DNA from: Octopus vulgaris
Taxonomy: Eukaryota
Direction: 5' to 3'
Length of the DNA stretch: 64,000 bases
NCBI GenBank assembly: GCA_951406725.2
Contig: OX597815.1
Coordinates: forward strand, 29,388,001 to 29,452,000
The first letter of the stretch is position 1. Every line of letters begins with the position of its first letter. Positions 1-13,748 of the stretch are shown here, piece by piece. The notes beneath the pieces were generated by a model. It did not search any database. It was not told the origin of the DNA and saw only the letters and a program-made list of their open reading frames with translations. The position numbers were made by a program, and so were the translations under genes.

Positions 1-1057
1 TAATAAGTAACTTAAAAATTCTAAAAGCATGCAAATTACCCTACTTTTATATTAGTCAATAAGGCAAAAAAAAAAAAAAAAAAAAAAATTTTACAAATCA
101 TTCTTAAATTAAGTGGCGATGTTAATTATGCAAAATAAAGTTTATTTTTAATTCAAAGTTAATATGTTGGTGTTACTCTGTAAAGTCATATACCAAATTA
201 AAGATCATGAAATTTTCTTTATTTTGATATATACCTTAATTTGCAATTTACAACTTGAATATATAAAAAATGCTATTTTAACATTAGTATACTATACTAG
301 CATTCTTAAATTAAATGGCACTACTGTCTGTGTATATATATATATATATAAAGTTATGCATACAAGTTCAAAATCAGAATCTATTTTCTAAGTTCACAAG
401 GATTGTATACATTTCCCACTGAAAACAGTGTATGTATTCATCATTAACCGGGAAGCATTCATATTCAAGCACAACTTATGCAAAATAGACCATTTACAGA
501 GTAAATGATACCATTGTGGATTGCAAGCTGTTATCTTTTTGGTCTCTTGCCAAAAGATATCAAAGCATGCAACTTATGCATACCATTTGTAAGTATGGAA
601 ATCATTGATTATAAGAGAAAATTATTATCCCCTCTATAACATCTTGATTATCTCTCTATCTCCTATCTCCTCAGTGACCACTTGTACAAGACTCACTTGA
701 GATGTCATCTCCTGCAAAATTTTGCAAAATCAAAGCAAGTCTGCTTTGCTCAGTATCTTCTCTCCAGACATGTTTGTCTATAACTCCTTTCCTGCCTCAT
801 TTACATATATATATATGTTCACATGGTATATTGTAAGACACATAATACATCTACTGAAGTAAACTCATCTTGCTGAGCTACTGAGATTGCCCAGTTTAAG
901 AGTGTGTAGAAAGAAATTACAGACTCTCCTGTTCAAACAAACAAAAAGTGACACCGTTTTTAAATTCTAAAGATATTATATAAAAAAAAAATGATCTAAG
1001 AATATTCTGTTAAATGTCATGCACTAAAGAATGAAAAGCCATATTCTCTTGCCATAT

Positions 1058-1476
1058 TACTCTTTACTCTTTTACTCTTTTACTTGTTTCAGTCATTTGA
1101 CTGCGGCCATGCTGGAGCACCGCCTTTAGTCGAGCAAATCGACCCCAGGACTTATTCTTTGTAAGCCCAGTACTTATTCTATCGGTCTCTTTTGCCGAAC
1201 CGCTAAGTGACGGGGACGTAAACACACCAGCATTGGTTGTCAAGCAATGCTAGGGGGACAAACACAGACATACAAACACATATACACACACATATATATA
1301 TATACATATATACGACAGGCTTCTTTCAGTTTCCGTCTACCAAATCCACTCACAAGGCATTGGTCGGCCCGGGGCTATAGCAGAAGACACTTGCCCAAGA
1401 TGCCACGCAGTGGGACTGAACCCGGAACCATGTGGTTGGTTAGCAAGCTACTTACCACACAGCCACTCCTGCGCCT
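1058..1476 (-). mobile_element. tRNA-derived SINE, family A, full length
   Basis: Minus-strand head GGCGCAGGAGTGGCTGTGTGG...GGTTCAGTCCC (A/B-box-like), CORE-like CTTGGGCAAGTG, internal microsatellite, (GAGTAAAA)n tail; at least six copies in the window. Confidence 0.85.
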
Positions 1477-3798
1477 ATGTTTAGAATTACAAAAATAATA
1501 CCCACAAAGAGGAGAATGGGAATGTTTAAACAATATTAAATGAACAAAACCGAGAAAATTGAAGTAAATCTAAGTTTCTATATTCAAATATTCTAGCAAC
1601 AGGCAAATTTATACTATAATACATAAGAATAAGCAACTTCTATTTTCAGAAATATAAAATAGATTAATAACATCACAAAATATGACAAAACTATTTTTGG
1701 TCAGTCAATATGATTTTTCTTTCTCAGTTAATTTAAGAACTTACAAGATTTACTCACAAGAAACAAAAGGCATAACCCCTAATATATGTGGGAGGGGGAG
1801 TACATATAACATGAAGTTGATCTGTTTTGGAGCCAATTAATAGAACTCCCAATTATTTCAAGAAAATACTACTCAGTAAAGGAACAGGAAAAAATCCTCA
1901 TTTGATGGTTCTTTTATCAAAAATACTAATGATATCAATATAAGAAGATTACAATTCAATTTATCTATTAAACACTTTCTGAACTTGAGCAAGTACACCA
2001 GTACAAAAGATGGTAAATATGTCTTTTAAAATACCAAGAAAGAGAAATACAGATCACATTCTTTCAGATATAATCGTGATCAGAATCTTCAAACTGAACA
2101 TGTTACAAAGTTGAAGGATCTGAGATCACTGTCTGAATCATAAATGAAACAGTCAATCGTTGGTTAATAGGTCAAATATATGATGGAAACTTATATCGTT
2201 TCTTCTTCTTTTATGTCATACACTGGAGTAATATTGAAGTACTGAGTAAAGATATATTACACAGCATTCGATGCTTATTGATTTTATACTCCTCACTGGA
2301 GTATGTGTGCAAAGAAATATTCAAGAATACAGACTTAAAGAGTTGAAAGTCAAAGGATTTGAAATGAAACTTAAATTTCTTTTAGAAATGTTTGAAGATT
2401 TCTATTCTAATTTTCAGGATATCAGATATGATTTGACACAGGAAATAGAGCTTCTTTTAAATATCATCTCCAAATACTTTTAAAACTAAAACAAAATTGA
2501 TCTTATATCCTTTATCATTAAACTACTAAAGGAGCAATGAAGCCCAAAATCATTTATTTTAAGAGAAGAAAGTCTTTTCAACTTATGGAATTAGTTTTAT
2601 GCAGAAAAATATTTTTATCTATTGTATTGATAGTATTTTCAATTTTGAAACTGGCAAATGATCTTATTGTCATAACATTCAATTAAATTAGCCCCCACCC
2701 AGCATATCCAAGAAAATAAAAGTTCTAATAATTAACAAACAGGTTTCAGCAATGCTACATATGTTCTCTGCTTGTGTCCTATAATATCATAAATGTTATT
2801 CTGTTAGAGAGTGTACTGGACCCGTATTCCTTATTCAAAGTTATACAGCTCTACCTTCTGATCATATAGGAAGTGACATTTCAACCTTCCTGCACAAAAC
2901 AAGTAGGCAGAGCTTTCTCAAACAATTAATACTAATCTGATCTTGTTTCCAGTAAACTCTGTATTTATAAAGTGACACCAGAAAATTTATTTTTTGCTCA
3001 TTTTAAAGAGTATGTATATTAATCTTGAAAATGTCCTTGAATTTAGTGAAACCAAATTGTAAGGTTATTTGCAATAAAAAAGATTATTCTCAACTCTAGT
3101 CTTTTCTGCTGTCATCAAATCTACGCCCTTAAAAATATAGTATGCAGATGAATATAGGCTAGTTTACTCTAATCAAATTTGGCAATAACAACTAAATTTA
3201 TGCCACAAATTCAGCATTAGATAAAAATTCCAGACATGTTACAGAACTATCGGAAAAACAATATCTACTTTTCAAATCAAAGAACATTATCCATATTCCC
3301 AGCTTTGTAAATAACAATATTGAATATTGTTGTTGTTTGATGTTTTCTTTATGGCTCCTCTTGGCAAATTCTAGATGTACAAAAATGTCAGAGGGAATAT
3401 TCCAATGAGTCTTCAATAATATATTCATAGATATCAAGTATTTAACAAATTCCAACAAATTTAAATGACTTTCTTCACTGACATATCAACAATTCTTTGT
3501 TCAAATAGACAAAGGAAGCCAATTTCAACTCCATGTCAAAAAGGTGGTACTAATATGTTAGCTATAGCCAGAGTTTACTACAGACTATAATTTTCTTTTC
3601 AGTAGTGTTTGCATATCTAACACTTTTGCTCACATATGTTTCTAAAAACAATGTAGATAAGGCATTATGGTATTACTGATGATAGTTATATGGGGATGGA
3701 ACTATGGGAAACTTAACTGTAGCAATAGTATTAACTTTGAAGACCAATAGTCCAAAGTAAAATAGGAAGGAAAGCTGAACTCACTGATTCTCTGATGT

Positions 3799-4083
3799 AA
3801 ATGTTTTCTACCACTGTGCCATGGCACGCAAGTGTGTTGTATATGGTCTGCAGGTGTGCCACAAGTTTATGAGGCAAGCTGGAATATTTCAAGATACTTA
3901 GAAAACTAGAGTGTTTTTAATGCATCAAACAAATGCAAAGTGCAATGCATGCACTCCTCTTTCTTTTAAAACAATTCTAACATTTGTTTTTTTTAATTTT
4001 CTTTTTAAGTATATAATAAAGCTGATGGTGTGCTGTAAAACTCATTCAGTGTGCTGTGGATAGAAAAATGTTGGAAATTGCTG
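3799..4083. mobile_element. Degenerate hAT (Charlie/Buster-like) non-autonomous element
   Basis: Ends tgttttctaccactgtgccatggcac...ggtgtgcc and gtgtgctgtgg...tgttggaaattgctg resemble Charlie/Buster MITE termini with GTGTGCC subterminal motifs; no clean TSD. Confidence 0.5.
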
Positions 4084-6639
4084 TTCTAAAGAAAGCAACA
4101 GTTCAAGAAAGAAGCTAAATAATATATTTACTTTCTAAAATTCCCATACAAACTAATCACCATTTGTTTCATTTAGCTATCTCCATTATAGAATAAAAAT
4201 TGCATCAAATTTTTTCCTAAATCAGACCTTTTGCCTCTATGAGTGATCTGCAGTAGTTCCATGAGCAATCAAATGAGTTAATCTCATTTTAAAGCCATTT
4301 CACTAATGGGCTAAGGAAGCACAATACTTGGTGCGGGTTTGCAATTTTAACAATGTGCACATACATAATTAGCTAATCACAAAATTAAGCATGAATTTAG
4401 TGGTTTCTTTCTCTTAATTATTTCTTACTTTTACAAATATTCAATCACAACTCGTTTATCAACACAAGAAAGGCAGGAGAAGTGAATTAGGATGAAATCC
4501 AATTCATTTTTACAGAAGTCCTATGATGGACCTGCTGGGTATGATTGTTGAATGAGAGAATTCAAAATATAAACACTTGTGGTTGTCAGGGAAAATTAGC
4601 TAGATTATAAGGAAAATGAAAGGAATGATCAAGTATTCTTAATTTCTGAAAGTAAAACTTCCATCTATAAAAACAAAAAACAGTTTTTGAAAACCTTTCA
4701 AAACAGAACGTTTAGTATAATAGCTAGCAGAAAGAGGCACTTTCTCAAACTTGGAATATAGACACATCTATGAATCACATTTATGTCATATTGGTAGAAT
4801 TAGTAGAAGAATTTTCAATTATTTACAGTTTATGAACAGGCAATAAAATAAAGTTACATTTTGTTCTACCAAAATTCATCTAATTTTTTTAAGGCTTCCA
4901 ATATTAGTGGATATTAACAACAATCCTTCAATTGATAAAATGAAAAAGTTAAAATGTTAGCTACATTTAATGGTGGAAAAGGATAGAAATGAAAAAAAAA
5001 ATCATATGGAACTTAAGAAGAAGATGAAGTATTATAAAAACCAATGTGATACTCAAGAAATTCTGTGCTTTTTCAAATTGGTGAAAGATACATTCATTCA
5101 GTTTAGTTTTTGAATTCCATGAAAATAATGTAAAATAAATCTGTTTTTATAATGAATTGTAATTAAATTTGATTGAGTCATATTAAAGATTAAAATCATT
5201 TTTTCAAAACGCTCTAAAGCAAAAATCAAACAGAGGGGAGGATGTAGATTTTTTTTTTCAACAACCATAAACATGAATTTTTCTAGAAAATATCAACTAT
5301 ACATACATACATGTATGTCTGTATGTATATATTATATATATGTATATAAACACACACACACACATTCATACACTCACTCACACACAATTAGAACCCTTAA
5401 ATCTCTATTTTAGATAAACACAATATTTAGGAAGGCGTTTGTGTGATATTTTTTCAATAAATTTTAACAAAAAGGCTATATGAATACAATTTAATAGAAT
5501 AAGAAAATTAATACAAAATAGTTAACTGCACTTTTAATATTAAGGTTCAATGCTACGAACAACCTTTTCCAAACTAGAGAGTGTCCCAACCCTGCTCAAG
5601 CAAAAGAATAGAAAAAAAAAAACAATAAAGAAAGAAGCTAAAACTGCTTGGAATAACATAAACAAAAGTAAAGGGAAAATATAAGACCAGTCTGAATTGA
5701 AATTACAAAAATATACCTTACGTAAACATTATCACACAACTGATATATCAGTGTGTGTGTGTATGTGTGTGTGTTTCAGCAACGAAACACTTGTAAGTTA
5801 CCAAAAATTAAAGTGTAAATATATTCTATTACCTTAATATTTGAATACTCTCATCACAAGGATGAGTTCTCTTTAAGAATTTAAGTTAAGGTCCAACTAG
5901 TCAATTATAAGCCAAGAGAGAAACCATAACTATAAAATGGTCAAAATGTTAATAGAATGAAAACCAAACCAATTCAGCTCTAATTTATAAACTGGAAAGA
6001 AGGATCTACTTTGTAAAGAAAAAAAAGACATTTTTACTATCAAGACATATACTCTATAATCTTTACATAGAGAGGATTTAGAAAAGGGAACTACTCCTAA
6101 TTAACTGATGTCTTGCAAACAGCTTTAAAACAGAAACAAATTAAAACACTTAAAATATTTAATATTAACATTATGAGAGATTCTTGAAGTTTCAAAATGG
6201 TGTGGTATATAATGCAAATGAAGGGAAGCTGTTGGTTAATTTGAATCTAGAAATGAGGTTTGTTTAAAACACACACAAAAAAATGTGAAGACAGATAAAT
6301 ATGAAGATTTTAAATATATTGTTATTGTAGTGAGTTGACTTTTTATCAGTATGTCGTATGTTTTTTTGTTTTTTTTGAGAGAACTTTTCATTTGTTTGTT
6401 TTGACAAATACTTTTGATATCTTAGTTACTATATTTAGCAACTAGCTATATGCATGTGAGATTTTGAGTTTTCTATTTTCCAATTTCAACTCTACAAAGA
6501 ATATGAGTTTGGTTATAAATCTAGTTAATCTATTTATCATTGCATATTAGGCAGACAGACCTTCACTGGTATCAATGAGATAGTCATAAGGACAATGGTG
6601 AAGTGAATAATAATAATAATAATAATAATAATGATAATA

Positions 6640-7672
6640 ATGCTTCTAATTGAGGCACAAGGCCAGGAATTTTGAGGGTAAGAGGTTTGTTGGTTACATG
6701 TACCCTAGTACTTAGCTGGTACTTTATTTTACTGTCCCTAGTAGGATGAAAGGCAAAGTTGATCTTAGTGGGACTTGAAGGTAAAGCATTGGAGAAAAAT
6801 ACCACTAGGGCTGCAAAAGAAATGTTTTGCTGTATTTCTTTCAAAACTCTATGTTCTGAGTTTAAATCCTGCCAAGGTCAACTATATTTTTGTCTTTTCA
6901 GGGTCAATAAGAAAACAGTCAAATACTGGGGTCGGATTATATTTTGTACATTGGCACAAACTCACAAATTTGTGAACGAGAAGTATAGCCACAGGAATTG
7001 ACAACCAGAATAAGATTGATAATGTATTAACCTCAAAAGAATCAAAAACAAACCTGATCTCAAGAGACGGGGGATTTTAACTTGTAAACATAATTAGCTC
7101 AAAGTAAACACCAAAAGGCATTTAGTCTGCTCATCTACAGTTCTTAATGACAATAAATTGAAGCAGTATACTTTATTAACTTTTCTTATTTATTTATCCT
7201 TGAGAATGTATGCTGATCAAGTATTTGAACTTTAAAAAGATAGGGGGGGGGTGAAACTAATTATTGCTAGATATTTAGGGCAGTATTCTAGAATTTATAC
7301 CACTCCATCTCAATAATAATAATTTCTAACATGAGTACAAGGCTATTCAATAAAACTGTCCCCAATACTTAACTGGCACTGTAATTTGATGATTCTGGAG
7401 AGATGAAAGGCAAAGTTGACTTCAATGGAGTTTGAACTCAGAATCTAAAAAGCTGCCAGAAATACTGCAAGGCATTTTATCTAACATCCTAAGAAATTTG
7501 GTCGAACCATGGTCTTTACAATAATAATAATTTCTAATTTAGGTGCGAAGCCAGTAGTTCTGCGGAGAACGGTTATTGAATCAAACTGACCCTCAGTACT
7601 TGACTGGTACTTTATTTGATTGATTCCGAAAGGATGAAAAGCAAAGTTGTCCTTAGCAGGGTTTGAACTCAA
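6640..7672. mobile_element. Cluster of degenerate family C SINE fragments in both orientations
   Basis: Repeated ctggtactttattt...aggatgaaaggcaaagttgac motif at ~6716, 7373, 7604 and its reverse at ~6855-6935. Confidence 0.7.
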
Positions 7673-8461
7673 TAAAATAGTTGTAGAAGTATACAGACAA
7701 GAGAGTGTGTAATTTTGGAATAAGTCTCAGAAAGTAATTAAAATAAAATTTTATAATTATATATTTAAAAATAAATTTGAAAGCAGAAATAAAATTTCTA
7801 TCTTCACAAGCTACATATTGTCATGAGTAGCAGATAAATAAACAAATGTCTAAGTAAGCTAGACAACTTAGGTGGATAGATATGAAAAGTTTGCAAAGTG
7901 GAATACATCATTTTGCCCTTGAGATGAGGAAGAGTTCAATATTTTGGATATAGCTCTTTATCAGAGAAAGATGAAATGCTTACAGATAACACTATCAATA
8001 AATATAACATTTCTCTGATGACAAGTCCTGTTTGAAACATTAGACTTCTTGTCCTCAGAGTAAAATGATTTATTCCACTGTAAACTTTCGGTATTTACTA
8101 TATGTCATCATAGACCATCAGTAGCTTATTTGGATGGGATTCTACTGTCTCATTTGGATAGACAGCTAAGTAGAAAGAGAAGTAAATAGGATTGATTGAT
8201 TGATCAGCAGATGCAGAAGGGAGAGGTAGGTAAACAGATAAACAGACACAGATAACTGAGACAAAATGAGAGTGATTGTAAGAGACACTTAGAAAAGAAA
8301 GAGTTACACAAACATACAGAAGAAGATAGATAGACAATACACAAATAGGTAGTTCGGCAGACAAATAGAGAACAAAATTTAGCTTAAAAGATATTGAACG
8401 GAAATAGAGAGAGAAACATATTTGTGTGTAGATGGAGACACATAAATGCATATATATATAC

Positions 8462-8520
<59 letters not shown>

Positions 8521-8551
8521 TTGATAGATAGATGCATACATATATAAATGC

Positions 8552-8614
<63 letters not shown>

Positions 8615-9164
8615 CACACGTACATATACATGCATATGCATACTTGAATATAGTGTTATTGAATTCACGTTAACAAATAAGGTACAATTGTTGTTTCAGC
8701 TTAAATGTAAGTAAAAGCTTTAATTATCAAATGTCCAACAAAATAAACTATCAGACATGGAATGTCTTCAGACAAGATTGCTAAACACATCAAGTACAAT
8801 ACCTACAGAATATTTGCAGCAGTAGTAGCAGCTATGGTAATATTAGCATTAGTAGTAGCAGGAGTAGTAATAGTACTAACTATTATCACCTCCACTGCCA
8901 CCAAATGTAGTAACAAGAATAATACGAGTCATCAGAGAAGCCTCTACATAGTTGATTGATGTGCTAAAAATAACAGCCAAATCTTCAAATTACACTCTAA
9001 TGCCTTAAAAAAATAGGAGGATATATTGAACAGTGCAGTCCCTGATATACAAAACAAGCAGGATGGTCATGACTGTATTGCCTTTGATCATATTCTACTC
9101 AATCAGGGTTAATCTTGGACCATGCAACATCATCATCAACGACATGAATAATTTTGTTAGAGAC

Positions 9165-9210
<46 letters not shown>

Positions 9211-9643
9211 CATTATTATTATTTCGAATTTTGACACAAGGCCAGCAATTTTAGAGGCGAGTGGAAGTCAATTATATCAAACCCAGTATTCAACTGGTAC
9301 TTAGTTTATTGACCCCGACAGGATGAAAGGCTAAGTCGACCTCAATACTAAGAGTGAGGATATGGTGGTTGCAGCAACAGCTGCACAAGCAATGGCGAGA
9401 CGTGTATGCAGAAGTAGATGCACAGAAATATTGCAACAGTGGTAGAGATAACTGTCTACTGCATTACAACGGCTTGCTTTCCACACATGTCTCACAAAAA
9501 TTAAAAGCAGCCATCATTAACAGCAACATTGCATAGAGTTTCAAATATTTTGTTTATTCTGTTTGTTTTAGCAGCTGGAATTCTTCAGACAGAGAAAGAA
9601 AGAGTAAGAGGAAGAGAGAGTAGGAGAGAGGGAGAGAGAGAAT

Positions 9644-9681
<38 letters not shown>

Positions 9682-9865
9682 CAAAGAGAGTAGGACAGAA
9701 AGAGAAGGAGGTGAGAGGGACAAGACTAAGACAATGTACAAATGTGTATGTATGAATTGTGCATATATATATAAAATCTTAGCAGAGAATACGCTTATAT
9801 ATATGTACACACACATACACACACACATGTATGCACATAGATACAGAAAACATATGCACACACAG

Positions 9866-9897
<32 letters not shown>

Positions 9898-10471
9898 GTA
9901 TAAATAACTAGTATTCAGATCCTTGTAGATTGTAAATCAGTAAAGAAAAAAAAAAAGAAAAAAAACAAACAAACTAATTTTAGTTACTGATGAAGCTACT
10001 AATGTTGTTGAATTTTATAGTAATGTCGCTACTCTCCTGCAATTACAGAAATGACTATTAGTATTATTATTATTGTTATTAAATACCTATTCAAATAGTT
10101 CTGTTCAGAAAGCTAATGTCTTTTTTTTTTAAAAAAAAAAAAAAAAAAGGCATGCATATCACAACTTAAAATGTCCTCATTACACATATGAACACACATT
10201 TGAAACTGAAGATTTGCTCCATTGCAACTCATAGTTCCTTGCCATGAGATAAATATGCAGATTCATAAGTGGGTTGGATAAAAAGCACAGCATTTTTTTT
10301 GTGCCAGATCTCCGCATTCTATGTTCAAGTCCCACTAAAGCCAACTTTGCCTATTATCATTTCAGAATCAGGGTACCACACACATGTACAAACATGCATA
10401 CATATACACAGTGTTTATGTGTGTGTATATGTATACATACATACATACATATATATATGTATGTATGTATG

Positions 10472-10569
<98 letters not shown>

Positions 10570-11116
10570 TATATATGTATATATATATATGTATGTGTAT
10601 ATGTATGTATGTATATAAGGCCTCAATCCAATGTAAATAAAAATGAAAATAATAATAATAATAATAATAAATGTTGTTGGTAAGCTTTTTAGTTTTAACA
10701 TTGCTGGTAATGTTGTTACTAACAGTATATGTTACTTACAAAACAAAAAACAAAAAAATGTTCTACTAAGGATTCTAGTCTTTCAGAACTTTCATGAAAT
10801 TTTATGTAATGGATGAGTTGAGAAGTTCAAAACACAACAAAGTAGAATGATGATGATATAGTAAATAACTACATAATGTAAGATCCAGAACAAAAAAAAA
10901 AGTTAATGATTACTTATTTTTTTTACTATTAAAAATAATAATAATAATGTTTTAATATAATCGTAATAATAACAACAATATTATAAATTATTTTTAAAGA
11001 ATTGTTTAAAACATAAATAAAAAAAAAATGGACACAAAAAGATGAAGGAGAAACCAATTTTGGCAGAACAGAAATGTATGTCTGGTCTGATAAAGTTGAA
11101 TCCAATTCCCTGTTGC

Positions 11117-11268
11117 TCAGTCATTGCTGAATTCGTCGTCGGAACTAGTAACTGTTAGACTGCTGGATTTTATTTTAGACAGTGGCAGGCCACCAGAGAT
11201 GTCACCAGCTTTCACTTTACTCAATACATTGTTTACATAATCAGCAGTCTGTCCAGCAATTACGGTCG
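11117..11268 (-). CDS. CREBRF: CREBRF last coding exon
   Basis: ttgcag|CG ACC GTA ATT GCT GGA CAG; [53 protein letters not shown] at 11119-11117. Confidence 0.93.
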
Positions 11269-13685
11269 CTGCAAGCAGAAACAGAATTCATGTGAAAACA
11301 TAAAAGATAAAGAAAGTGGATGGATAAGATGCATAAATTCTGATTCAGTTAAATGCTGTGAAGATTCCAGGCTTCTAATTTTCAATCTATTTCGAAATAC
11401 TGTAATCTTACAGGCTTTATGTAAATTTTAAAATATTTATGGTAGGATTGTCTTTTGAAATTTATATATTGGGGATGTCAGTAAAAACTTTTGTGGAAAT
11501 CCTCAAATAACTTTTTTACACACCAAGGTTTCATGACCCTCTAGTTATATATCACTGCTTTAGGGAAACATATGCTTGTTAAGGCACCCTGTTATCTTTA
11601 GAGTGAAATGATGAACATTGAGAATGGTGTGTCAAGATTTCTGCTGTTCTCATTGTAGCTTTGAGAAATGTACAGACAAATCAAAAAAAAAAAGAAAAAA
11701 AGACAGGAGTGGCTGTGTGGTAAGTAGCTTGCTAACCAACCACATGGTTCTGGGTTCAGTCCCACTGCGTGGCATCTTGGGCAAGTGTCTTCTGCTATAG
11801 CCCCGGGCCGACCAATGCCTTGTGGGTGGATTTGGTAGACGGAAACTGAAAGAAGCCTGTCGTATATATGTATATATATGTAAGTGTGTGTGTATATGTT
11901 TATGTGTCTGTGTTTGTCCCCCTAGCATTGCTTGACAACCGATGCTGGTGTGTTTACGTCCCCGTCACTTAGCGGTTCGGCAAAAGAGACCGATAGAATA
12001 AGTACTGGGCTTACAAAGAATAAGTCCCGGGGTTGATTTGCTCGACTAAAGGCGGTGCTCCAGCATGGCTGCAGTCAAATGACTGAAACAAGTAAAAGAG
12101 TAAGAGTAATTGAGTTTGATTGTTTAAAAAAAGAGGTTCATCCCTCAGAGATTAGTTAGTGGTTTATTTATAAGAGGTGAAGCTCAATTGAAGGCTTGAT
12201 TTTATGAAGCAAAATCTTAACAAATCAGCTTGGCAGAATCTATCTGCCTTCATGCAATAATTAGGAGAGAATTTTTAACTAAGCAGTGAAAGGTAAAAAT
12301 GTTCATTAAAGTATACTGTTTTCAACTGCTAACAACTGCAAATTATATGACCCCATAGATAAATAGGAATCTTTGGACACAGCATGGCAGTAAAGGACAA
12401 GAAACAAATTTTTTGAGGATTATAAAAACAAGAAAATGTATCTCATGAAACTAAATTTTCTTTTAGGAATTAAAAAAGAAAAATAATTTTTCTTGTAGTT
12501 GAAGTTGAGATCATAAAAATTAAAATAAAAACAAAACACCCCACCAAATTGGGTATTTCTGAGTCAAAGAGACACAGTGTGCTTAATGTACTTGCAATTT
12601 TAACCAATCTACTTTTGTTGTTACTATCTCTTTAATCTTTTAGCATTCAGATTACTCTGTCAAATGTAAAGCTTATTTATTCACATTATTTCAAATTAAA
12701 CATGCATTTTCTCATGGCTTTGAGATTTTGATGGATGTGACTATATATTTTTTTGATTGACGTTGTAGGGTAGGTAGGAGAGGCCAAATCTGACCAGTTT
12801 GAACTATAAAACAGCTAGGATATTTGAGCCAGAAGGTAGCGAGCCAGCAGAAACATTAGCATGCCGGGCGAAATGCTTAGCAGTATTTGATCTGCCTTTA
12901 CATTCTGAGTTCAAATTCCGCTGAGGTCAACTTTGCCTTTCATCCTTTCGGGGGTCAATAAATTAAGTACCAGTTGCATACTGCAGTTGATCTAATTGAC
13001 TAGCCCCCACTCTAAAAACTTCAGGCCTTGTGCCTAGAGTAGAAAAGAATATTCGGGCTAGATATGGCTGGTTTAAATGCTAAAGAATTAATCAACATCT
13101 ATTTTGAGGCTAGTTCAATAACTCCCACCCACAAAAAAAAAAAAAAACCCCAAACAAACTACAAATGTCAGATTCAAATGTCTAAGTGTTTTGAATCTGA
13201 GGTCTTGTTGACTACAAACTTGTTATTATCTGGTATGAAACTGAATGTTCTAATCACCCTTACCAAAGTAATGATAATGAAAAACAGTATAAAGGTCTCA
13301 ATCAAAATTCCTTCCCTTACTTACTTAAATGTCTTTTGATGAGTTCATTCAAATATTTGGATTGTTCATCACTTGTTCTTTGTCCTTTCTCTTCGCATTT
13401 TATTGTTTTCTTAGATAGAAGAGCAGCCAACATCTTTTGCTTGATATGTTCAATTACAGTCATCAACTGACCTAGATAAATGAATGGCAAATGGTAAACT
13501 CCCATATGAAAAACAATCTAAAATTTATCGATGAAACATGAAACATCTTGCAAGACAAGTATAATTAGTTATTGCAATCAAATATGATTTACAAGAAACT
13601 CGATTTGTTTGGTTCAAAGAGCTGAAATAAAAAAATTTCATGTTAAACTCTGAAGGTGTACACTCTAAGCACTACAAATTAACAA

Positions 13686-13748
<63 letters not shown>

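Noticed and set aside
2040-3560. ORFs 2271-2483 and 3198-3458 as exons or hAT transposase remnants
   Set aside because: Only vague similarity, many stops, no splice support; cannot be assigned without a profile search.
8762-8959. 65-aa ORF with a transmembrane-like stretch
   Set aside because: Hydrophobic run derives from a degenerate (GTA/GCA)n repeat; no other support.
8098-10701. [12 protein letters not shown]-rich ORFs here and throughout the window
   Set aside because: Translations of (TA)n, (CA)n and (GA)n microsatellites.
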